Source: Catajapyx aquilonaris
Lineage: Eukaryota
Direction of reading: 5' to 3'
Assembly: GCA_000934665.2 (NCBI GenBank)
Contig: KZ538862.1
Span: 1-43,737, forward strand
DNA: 43,737 nt
Shown: piece after piece, positions 1 to 11,045 of the stretch
Layout of the letters: each line of letters starts with the position of its first letter
Position numbering within the stretch: position 1 is the first letter of the stretch
The notes under the pieces: generated by a model
Database searches by the model: none
What the model was told of the DNA's origin: nothing
The model's input: the letters and a program-made list of their open reading frames with translations, nothing else
Made by a program: the position numbers and the translations under genes

Positions 1-3000
1 GGGGGAATTCTATTTGAAAGGGACAGCCACATGTGAGCCAAAAATTCTGATGCTCGATTGGGTTTCAAGCGTTTTTCCAAATGACGTCTAAGCATTCGGG
101 CTACAAATCAAAACAACGTTAAGGGTGCAGTGTCATGTTGGTGATTTGTGAGTCGGAGGTCCATTCACACCTGAGACCCCGAAGGGGAAACAGATCATGG
201 CGCTAATTGAAAAGGTTTGTCCAGGGATATTCATGCTCATATTATGGGCAACGTGCAGAGGATGTGGTTAAGAAGGTTGTAAGAATGTACAGCCAGCAGG
301 ATTAGTAGGCTATCAGTAATATTATTAGTCATAACTAATAGGCTATTAAAAATACTGTTACATTATTTCGAGCTGTCGAGAGAAAAATGTTTGGTACACG
401 ACAAAATTGTAACTGTAATTATCATAGACCCTATACGCGGTATAACAATATTATTGTGTTTTCTAAGCAAAATCGCAATTGCATTTTCCCTGTCGAGGGA
501 GTGACTCAATAAAAAGGTGCATAATTAGGTCTCGCCACCATTATTTTTTATATATATATTTTTTGCATGGTCAGAAGTCAGTGAGTTGAATGTTGCATGA
601 CCCGTGTGTTGGTGAATAGTAAAACAATTCTCCACCCATTTGCTGTAGCCATTAGATGAACCCCGCGAAACCCCACCATTTCCTCATGAATAACTTAGAT
701 ATGCAGATTTAACAAGTTGGCGACGTATAACTTTCCATGAGTACCTGAACATACTGCCCGATTGTCTTTGCACGATATTTTTTTCTCTCCAGAGAGTGAC
801 ACACACTTTCGCCGAATTTTTCTCCCCCTGTGAAAATTATGTCTGCTTCAACCATGCACAGAGTACATAAACAAGCCGTCAGTCTGTATTTCTAGGGTTG
901 CATCCAAGTGTCAGTTTTCCCAGTTCCCCCCGCAGCATCGCAAAATTAATGGAAGTTGACTTCCGTAACATAACTCCGGAAACGCCCACCGAGTGATCGC
1001 CACGTATTACATGTTAGTCAGGTTCCTCCCCGAAAATAGGAGACCATTAATTTGGTGTCATTGATGGGAGAGTAAAAGGGGGGGGGGGGATGGCCCCAAG
1101 AATGCTCCCGGTTCTCTCATGTTTCAATTGCCTTGTAAATCAGGGCCAATGTGCAGGCTCGGTAAATCATACATATGTCTGCTGGTATACGGTAGAAGAA
1201 AAATATTCATTCCTATCTTAGGAACGTGTGCGGTCTCTCTCTCCCCTTTTCCAACCAAGCAACTTCATACCAGAGTCAATCTGGAACTCATCTAAAGTTG
1301 GTGATAAAAGAGCGCTCAGAAATAAACAAAGCGAAAACGGGTAATAACTATACCTTTTCCTTTCACAAGCAAAAACACGAGGCGCGCGAAACGGTTCTCT
1401 TTGACTTGAGGAGCATGAATAGATATAATCAGATTCAATTTATGATTACTTTATGTTCCATTCTTGCTAGGGCGCCATATTTTTTACCAGGACGAAGAAT
1501 TAATTTCCCTCGCCAGATTTTTTTTTATTTTACAAAAAAAAAGGTTATGCAAAGTTATGCCCGCTTTCACTCCTCAGATGTCATTCCAGAGATTTTCTTC
1601 TGCCAAAATGATGATGGCAGATACACAGGGTTGATAGCTCATGTATGAAATACAGCATGCGTATATTCAGAAAATGAAAAACAAATCATCGCACCCGCCT
1701 TTCATTGTCTCTGGAATTCAGAATGAACATGAATTATTAATACTTAGATATGACTCAACTCCCAATCGTTCTCTTCCCCGGAAATGCTTCACCCAAAGGC
1801 TCGCCCATCCTAATACCGTTTTTGGCATTTTCTCATTGCATAACCCACTTGAACGACAGCCATAGCCAGATCATGAAAAAAACAGGCATTAATATTGCTA
1901 TATGTGCAACTAATTTTTGTTGTTGTTTTAACTTTTTTCCAGCCAGATTACAGGGCATCAGTCTCAATTGATATACAAATAGGCCACTTTTTATTTCCCC
2001 ATCCCATCGATATGGCTGTGCCGCGTTTCAAAACTGTCACAAAATGATCTGTGCCTTGTGGAATAAAATTTTCACACAGCGGTTAAGTGTGACAGGTTTA
2101 ATCAGGTTTTGATGGAAGTTTCCCCTATACCGACGAGGGCCATTGATAAAAAAAAAGGCTCGCCCCAAAAATATACAACTGGACACAAATAGAGAGAGAG
2201 ACTGTTTGGCATGAAACTAATTCGTGATGGCCCCTTCCCCAATGGGCCCGGCACACTCAATTGTTTCACCTGCATATGCAAAAGTAATAAACGTGCGTGG
2301 AAAATTACAGGCCCGACTTGATGTGACGGCCAACTGCTGCCGATTCAAAGGACCTCTGGGAATTTTTGTTGCTATGTTTTTTTTGCCGCATGTGATGTGG
2401 GGGGAATAAATGTAGATATTATAACCTCATTCAGCTACGGGTCACGCGACATGACCTCGAAGGTTGGGGGAGCAAATGTTGCTATGTTTTGTAGCCTTAT
2501 AATAGGACTTTTAATAAGTAAAATTGTAATTTCAGTTTGCAGCCCAAGTGCACAGTCGAAAAGGAGGAAATATTATGGATTGTTTAGCAGTCATATAGCT
2601 AAAGGAAGTGTATGCCAGAAAATAGTACAGTGTAATTGCTCCTGCGCAGTGCAGCTGATGTGCGTAAAAAGTGTGTACCGCCTTGAGCGAAACAGATGCG
2701 TTAATGCGCCAATTTTTACAGAATTATGCTGCATAATACCCCCACCTCCAAGTCGAAACTTTCCTTCTGCTGCTTGATGATGAGGAACAAAGCTAGGGTG
2801 TGGTCTGGAAGGAAAAGCTTAAACGAGGCGCGGTCGGGTTTAGGAAATAGGATTGAGGAATCTCTACTTGCTAATTAGCAAGTTTTCGAGGGATGCGCAA
2901 AAGTCCCCGTCCGCAAATTCCCCCCTTCTCCCTTGCTCTTATAGCTGTGCATAATATAGGCGCTCATTAACTGGGTTCAATTAAGCGTCATTAATTAATA

Positions 3001-4833
3001 GACGTAAAGGTGGGCTGGGATTGCAATCCAGGGGGACATGAAAGGGGGAAGGAATTGAATTAATACCACCTTGTCACGGGAAAGAGGAGAGGCGCTTTGC
3101 TAATAATAAAGCCTTGAGTCAAGATGGCGATATATAGTGAGGAAGAGTAGAAAAAAAAACATAGTTTGTGAGATAAAGAAAAAGAAGGCAGGTAAAAAAA
3201 AGAAGGTACCTGTGGCAAGGTGATTAATGGAGATCCCTCCCTTAATCAGTGGGAGGGAGGAGAGAACAATTCCTAGTCATGACCCTCCGATGAAGCTTTA
3301 CATGGCCAACCTGCTTTTTGACTGATGTTCATTGCGGATCTGAGGGGACTTGCGGTATTATTTTTCCAGGGTCCTTTATCGCTTCATCAGGCAATTTTCG
3401 AAGAGGGAGGTTGGGGGAGGACATTCACGTGCAGCATGTGTAGTGCTGAGTACAGTATAATTGCACGTTTGGCATTAAGAAATTGTGAATAATTTTTGCC
3501 ACCCAAAGTATATGCCTGGAGGGTCAGTGGACAATTGTTACACGTGGCACGTAATGAGTGAAGCAATTAGGCTGTAATTAAGAAGGTGTGGATGCAATGT
3601 TTATGGGTGCAAACGTATGGCAACTTTGAGGGGGGCCCTGTGATGCCATCAAGCTTGGAGTGACACTTGTACAGCAGGACCTCCGTCGTTAATGTCATAA
3701 AGCATCATGCATTATCATGTCGACATGCTCGCCTGACAGTCCCCCTCGGATTGCGACATGTCTCCGTAATTGAACTAACCTTTGATGTGTGACATGTCGA
3801 TCTCATGATGGCAGAAGTAAAGTCATCCTCAAAAGTATTAGATCCAAAAATTTACTTTATATTCTTTCCCTCGATGTAATATTTCCAAAGCCAAGCTCCA
3901 CAGACATGGTGAGGCCAGTTTTCGGATGACGGATCTGGCTGGATCGGAACCGGAAGCAGTCGGTGATCAAGCGCTTCCGGACACGGCACGAGTTTTCGCC
4001 GGCAGACCGACGTAATCTTAATGAAGGGAGACAACGCGGCTTTTCACGAAAACGGCGCCCGCGTGATCCATTCGCACGTAATATACACTTGGGCCATATC
4101 GCGATGCTCGGATCCTGCAGATTGCGGCCTCTCTCTTCCAAGCCTCGGTTTTTTTCTCTCTCTTCAAAAGCGTCATGTCTTTCTTAACGCCACAGCGCGT
4201 TAAAAAAGGGTGACAGCAACGTGACCTCAAAAAAATTCACCCGTATCATAACAGCCACGCAATATGTCAAATTCACATCGGATTTCTCCATTCTGCTGCC
4301 TTATAAAGCAGGACAGAAAAACACTTGGAGAAAAATCAGCCAGTTGAAATATTATTGGAAGTCATTCACGTGCCTGTATATCTACTTAATGCATCTTAAT
4401 TATGTACAGTTTATGTACCATCTTTAGTCAGAGGGTGTGAGGCGTGGGGATAGGCTAATCCTTAAATTATACAGCCGCAGTTTATCCGGATGCCTGGAAG
4501 GTAAGACACAGCGTTATAATCAACCTGTTAAAGGCTGGAACCGTGCAAGAAGACAACTAGCCTTTTGAGGTTTTTATTTTTTTTCCATCCTGCCTGATGT
4601 ATACCGGGGCCGTTACTAAAATGCCCGAAACCGCCCACATGCCCATTGTTTTCCGGTTTAATGACCAAGATATATGTCAAACTCTCCCAAGCAACCTTTC
4701 CTCCTCATCCGTCGCCCTGTGCTGGAATTACATTGGATACCAAACGTCGTATATGCTAATGGACGACCCTCTTCTCTCTGAGTGAGGTAGGATAGGGATT
4801 TCGCTAAAGTCCCATTGTGTCAGGTGTATAGGT

Positions 4834-4868
4834 GGGGGTGGTTAGGGGGAAGGGGGGGGGGGAGGGGG
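4834..4868 (+). other. Potential G-quadruplex
   Basis: Four tracts of at least 5 G with short loops. Similar G-tract clusters occur at 34415..34436 and 38178..38249. Confidence 0.5.
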
Positions 4869-6670
4869 CGATCGTTTCTGGGAATGATGATCACATGGAA
4901 ATGAGCCGAGTTTCTATCCCCGTGTCTGTTCAATCTCCTTTTCCTCAGTTTCTTCTTTGTGTTCGCCCACACAACACCTTTTGTGTTGTTGATTGGAAAG
5001 GACGTGGGATGATTCGGCTGCCATTTTCTCGAATGGTACTCTGTGTGTGTTGTGTCGGGAAATCGATCTAGAGTATAAGGGGGGAGAGAGATGTAGGACT
5101 TGAATTATCCGAAGGGACATCCGGCAACGACACAATGGTGTGTAAATAATCAGATCACGTCAGAGGGGGTCAAATTGTCAATATTATATTGTACCAGTCA
5201 TTCGAAAGCAACGGGCTGAGAATCTTCCAGGTAATCGCCCAAGTGAGAATTTCTCTGAAGTGAAATTTATAAATAAAGCTCCTTTAAACTGTACATCATT
5301 GGAGTTGGACTTTTCAATTATTGAAGAAATTATTTTTTATACAAGCCATACCGTACAGCCTACTGCATAATAACATGCAGGGGTAGATTGCGTATTATGC
5401 TACTGGAGACTATTAATTTTAAAAGCATTTACCTCCATGATTCCATGTGGGCGTACAATATTACAAACGTGCTGCGCACCTGTCAATGCAGCAAAATATA
5501 CAGCACGTGCTCGGGTTAATTTTAAGTAATAATTTAACAGGCCCCAATTGGAAAATAATCGAAGGATACCATCTGCAGCATTGCAGTTGGGCAACAGAGG
5601 TATGCTGTTTGGGAAGGATTGTTTTTAAAAAGCCGAATGAATAATGCCCATAATACCCACCACCCAGAGGCCATGTAACCATCTCATTTGCGTGACACGT
5701 AATCACTTAACCTCCTCTTCACCCCCCCTTACACACAACTTTTCCTCTCAATATTGACGCCAGTTGTGTGGTAAATAAATGCTGAGGCCCCGTTTAGCTC
5801 TTTTCGCCCCTGAGGAACTGCCCTCACCGTGACAGATTCATGGCCTTACAAGCATGCGCCCAAGAGCCCAAATTAAATCCATGGGTCTTAAATCTTCCCT
5901 CTTTCTCTTTTTTGTTGTTGTTGTATTTCAGTTAGTGTGGGGGGCTGTTGTGCGTTAGGAAGTCATTGAACAAGAGTGGAAAAATATGCAGTCCCCTCTC
6001 TCACCTTATTCAGGTGAGAGGACCTCACTCCCTCCACAGATGCTCGAGCCTCACAAACGACTACACAAACCCACAAGAGATCCCCAATAGGACTTAATGA
6101 ACTCCGGGGAGAAGCAAACACGGAAATTAGGAGCGGTTTTTGGGGGGGACTAAGGGAGGGCTCGCTTTTGGGGACAGAACAAATTCCCGCCCCGAGTTGA
6201 AGAGCGTTACCCCTCATCCTCCCAATAGAGTTATTCAGATGGGGCATGAAATCGGGCAAAGAGCGTGTCTGAATGTGGTCGTAATTGAAGCTGACAATGA
6301 GTGACCGTCAGGGGAGGTAGAGGAACCCCAGAAAAAAGGAGCAGCTGGCTTTCCGGATGCCGACACTTACCCCAGGCATGCCCTTACCTTGTTTCGCAAG
6401 AAAATCGTGAATTGCCACCAGAGGGGTTAGGCCAAAAAAAAATAATTTTGCATCCCACTGGCCTGCTTACATCACGCGAGAGGCTGCAAGTTTTTGAATC
6501 CGCATATGTGCACGTGAGAAAAGTTTTTTTGATCACAAGCCGTGAGAAAAAATTACCGTCAACACCGTTACAGGCGACCGGTATGTCGATACTTGCCTGA
6601 ATTTTGCTAGTTTTTGCTCTGTTGTTATGTTAGCAATGTAACGTATACAGTATGTCTAACTGAAATGCAA

Positions 6671-7020
6671 TTTTAGACTTTTTTCTCATTTAAAAAGTCT
6701 TATAGAACGGCTCTGCCCGTCCGTCTGTCCGTGGAGGGATGTCAAGGCCCAAACCACATGAGATAGCGACAAACGGTTTAGTGGACCTTTTAAATAGATT
6801 CTATACGGCCAAGTTCCGGTGACCGGCCATTTCTAGTTTTCCGGGCTCACTCTATCCTATAAGGTCAGGTCTACATGCTTTAGAACGTATTTTTCTTAGG
6901 GTACTTGGCAACGAGAAATGACACTGACAACATTCTATGGCATTGCTGTCAAATTTGAATTTCCCTGGCAATGAGAAAAAGTCTACTCGAATCAAGCTCG
7001 CTTGATTTGCCAATTTTGTT
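6671..7020 (+). mobile_element. DINE-1/HINE-like non-autonomous Helentron (rolling-circle) element
   Basis: In order: T-run start; 5' subTIR TAGACTTTTTTCTCATT (6674..6690); adjacent partial inverted copy AAAAAGTCT (6692..6700); GTCY microsatellite CCCGTCCGTCTGTCCGT (6716..6732); 3' subTIR AATGAGAAAAAGTCTA (6970..6985, one-base indel); stem-loop AATCAAGC-TC-GCTTGATT (6990..7007); T-rich end; no TSD seen. Confidence 0.75.
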
Positions 7021-8675
7021 TCTAATGACATTATGCCGAATTTGCGATAATTGTCCAAAACGTTGTGCACTAGTCCTGAATATTATTTTCCCTCCTAGCA
7101 CCGAATCGTCTTTTTCCTTTATTCGAAGCAGTCCATCAGCCTGCAAGCGTGTCCTTTTTCCATGGACTTCACAGACAGTCTCCTAAAACTCGTCCCTTTT
7201 TATTCGGAGCATGTACGAGTTCCCCTCCCACCGAATGGGTGCTCACTTTGGCGGAACACTTCTTTTAGGTTAAAGGCCAGGCTGAGAAGGGAAGAAGGTT
7301 GCAACCATCTGGGGTGGCTTCACTTCAGGGGTATTGGGCGGAGAGGAGGTAAATTCAGGGGTATTGTTGCCTAAAATGGCCTCTTTCAAGTGGCTTTTCA
7401 AGCAGGCCGTGAAAAGTCCTCCGGTTTTTCGAGCGGCTCTGGAGGGTGGAAAAGGCCGGGAGACGGGAGTTATTTTCCTCCTCGGTTGTGTGCAGCAAGT
7501 CACCTTTTTTGTTGTAAAGAAGAGCTAAAGGAACGTTGTGTGTGCATAATAACAATTAGCTTAATGACCCCGTGGGAACAATTCGGGGCCGGAAGACTGT
7601 CAAAAATATTGAGATGCCGCATTTCTCGTAGATATGCTGAGAATCAGATTAGAAAATGTCCCATGGTGATTAGACCAACCCTTCAGTGATTTTCGGTTCG
7701 TTAATAAATCTGTTTCCACTTCCATTATAACCAAGAGGGACCCCTTTTACGGGGCGGAGATGAACGAGGGGTGGGGCAGTCCACCTGCACTTTCACAACC
7801 GTAGTAAATCTTCGTGTTTTCTGCCCCCACACCTCGTCCATAACTTGCTCTTAAGTAGCCTCTTGCCTTTCATATTTAATTTCTTCTATTAAGATTTGAG
7901 CGTGAATCATATTTATGGGCCGCGACTCCTAATCTCGCATGGCCGATCTGAAACAACAGTCATTTCTATAAACACGAATATCAATTGAAGTGAAAATGGA
8001 AAACATGTCTGTGGGGAAACACCGGAGAGAGATTTATCAGCCCGAGACACGCTGCCAAGAAACAGAGAAAAAAAAGTGTGTGCATTTCAGGAGGGAACGT
8101 TGCTATGTGCTATTTTGAGGGAATAGAGAGACATCTTATGCATTTTCTTCCATTTATTTTTCTGTTCACATCGGAGGCGGTGAAACTTTTGGTGAACTCC
8201 CCCCGCTGCCTTTGGCCCTTATCGCCTTCTGTCATCTCTCGCCACGGCAATTTCACTGGAAAATGAGCACCGCTAGGCCTTTGCAATACAAGGCCTGCCC
8301 TGTTTCGTGGGGGCTCCCAAAATGCTGCATAATTTTCTCATCAGATTATACGCGCTCGGCCGCCAAAAAGCATTACTCTATTGGGTGCAAAAGTTTCGGG
8401 CCATAGAGTCCAGCCTCTGGGGAGAAAAAAAAAGCAAAGGAAAAAAAAATGCGGGGGTCTTTTTTCGGTTCCAAAAAAGAGGAGGGCGGTTGTCGGCCTC
8501 ACCTTCTCAAAGGCCTTATTAACACTTTATTTGCAGCGATTCCAGATTGTAAGCTGATAAATTCCAGATCGGCGAGTCTGTCTTCACCCCTCAGCACGTG
8601 TTGCGAGGGGCAAGAACTCGTGTAATCGCCTGGAAATAAGGCAGCCACACTCACATTCAGAGCATGTGTCTATAA

Positions 8676-8835
8676 TATTCTATAATCACAATCCGCATTA
8701 CGGATAGTGACAATTGCCAAAAAATTAAAATCAGATCAGATCAATTAATATGATCAAATTTAAGAGGACGGTTGATTTTAATTTTTTTGGCAATTGTTAC
8801 GGATCGGTAATGTGGATTGTGATTTGCATGGAATA
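8676..8835. mobile_element. Foldback / MITE-like element
   Basis: Arms of about 50 bp: AATCACAATCCGCATTACGGATAGTGACAATTGCCAAAAAATTAAAATCA (8684..8733) versus its near reverse complement at 8773..8824, with a 39-bp spacer. No clear TSD. Confidence 0.6.
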
Positions 8836-10079
8836 AAATTTCAAGCCGAAATAGATTGCATCAGTCTAGTTGCTTATATGGCCAGACACTACATACCCGA
8901 TGAATTATTGCCATGGCATATTATTCAGTTTTCCATATGGGAGGTGCCGTATATCTCGAGCCATTTCGACCGTGTCCAATCTTACTGAAAGATTCTTAGA
9001 ACATCATTGCATTAATTTGGGCATTGTGCGTGGGAGGCTGAAATTAATCATTACAAATTATCGCTTTAGTGAATTATACACAAAAAAGAGGGTTCCGGAA
9101 TTCCATGCAGCAGATCCGACCTTCCCTTTCCAAAAAAAGGAGTCACAGACGAGTTGGAAACTCTTGTAATCTAACATCACACGCCTGTCTTTGAGTTACT
9201 CAGTGGTGACGGAAAGGAAACCCGGCGACGTTATACACTCCGATGATATATCTAAGAGATGAATCACCATTAGCGTGTTCTCCCCTCAACCCAACCGGTC
9301 CTTACAGCTCTAAATGATTCAGCGGGGGTTGTCTTTTTTACCTCTACCTCCCCCCCCCCTTCTCTTTTTCGGCCTCCAGGGATGCAGCAATAAATCGAAG
9401 GAAGGCCCACCAATGGGGATCACCAATTGCAATAAATTTAATCCGGTAATTGCGCAAAGAATGGAAATAATTTAGTGGAGAGGGAATGGTAGAAAAGGTC
9501 AGCTGCGGGCTTCCTCAGTTGGGGTCTCCACCGGTCATAAATCCAATAAAAAGAAAAAGGGGTGGTCCGCTATAGTAAGGGGTATTTTAAAAAATCTTAT
9601 TTTTTTACATTTGTCGGTGGGACACACCAAACGGCGGCTTCCTAACGAGCGACCCAAGCCGGAACAAATTGACCCCACGGCCACCAGAATGGCCACCACG
9701 GGAATATCCGCTGGATCTTTGGCCCACCTTTGGCGGCGAGGCCAAGATGGCTCCTTCCGGGACAGACTCTCAGAATGGAGTCTAATTTGGAGGGTCAAGC
9801 CCCCCTGCCAGGAGATGATTCCAAGTCAATTTGTTACCTGTCCTGACACGGCCATTCACTTAACTAATTTCTGTATGAATAATTTTATGTTTCGCACTTT
9901 CAAGGCATTTTTAGAAAATTGATGGGTGTACAGGCACGCCCTTGGTCAACTGCAATTGGGCATATGCAAAGTGGACATAAAATGGTTTTAGTACTCGTAG
10001 CAAAATTTAACAAGAAATGTCTGACAGTTGATTAATACCAGAGGGCCTCGTACAAAATTTATGTTTGCAAAATAACAAT

Positions 10080-10373
10080 TCGATAAAATAATTTCGGATG
10101 TTTTGTATGTGCAATTTGTGATGGATTTTCCTCTTTATATTCAAGCATGGACAAACTTTTTGGCATGAATAATGTACCCATTACAAAATGAGTTTTGTCG
10201 ATCGTTTGAAATCTGGAAATTATTTATCTACAGCATTTTAAAAAATAATATGGAAGCAATTGGCATTTTAAGTAGAAACGGCCAAACTTTGCTTCTTGGG
10301 TATATAGTGACGAAATTAATTGCATATTTAAGGTACGAATTGTACAGTTTATACTGGAAATTATTTCTCTCGA
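10080..10373. repeat. Degenerate foldback (old MITE remnant?)
   Basis: Collinear inverted blocks: AAATAATTTC (10086..10095) / GAAATTATTT (10357..10366), TGTGCAATTTGT / ACGAATTGTACA, and weaker inner matches. The region is AT-rich, so chance contributes. Confidence 0.35.
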
Positions 10374-10862
10374 TATCATTAATAATGTGACCTAACTTAA
10401 TTCATGTAGCCATTTCGGGACATTTCGACGTGACGGAAAGAGATGGTTAAATTGGCTCGATTTTATTTTAGTGAGCGCCATACTAGAATAAATTGGGGAG
10501 TGTCCTCCGAGCCCTATTTTCATCTTGCTCACAACATGAAAATTGGACATGATTCCTCGTGAACGCCCTTTAATGTTGTAGGCCCAAAACCACGTGAACT
10601 GCCCTTGTGTCACTAAAATAGGATACGGCGGCGGATCAATGCCTATAAACGTGCTGTCACACGCAAGACTGGCTCCGAAACCCAACCTATATGTACTTCG
10701 CTGATGCCAAGTCCCATTATTTGCGATTTGTAAATTGCACACTAATCGCACACTCTTTGCCAAGATGGAAAGTTGCGCCCTACCCTAAAAAGGGTCGCCG
10801 ATGACGCAACCAGATTGTCCAGTTTTCTTTGGTGGTCTGTCCATTATTCGGAAAAATATGTA

Positions 10863-11045
10863 CAGGATGATCCATTGGCCCAGTACACACTTCAACAGAA
10901 GAGGACAGCAGGTGAAGAAGGTGAGAGTTGTTCACTGCAGCAATTAGGAGTTGCAATCTGCTGGAATGCTGATTTTTGCCATTTGTTGTGTTGAGTAAAT
11001 GACATGTTAAAGTTGAACCGTGTACTTGAGCAGTGCACCACCCTG
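10863..11045. mobile_element. Tc1/mariner-type MITE (183 bp, TA target duplication)
   Basis: TA|CAGGATGATCCATTGGCCCAGTACACACTTCAAC ... GTTGAACCGTGTACTTGAGCAGTGCACCACCCTG|TA. 27 of 36 positions match as an ungapped inverted repeat, counting the TA. Confidence 0.7.
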
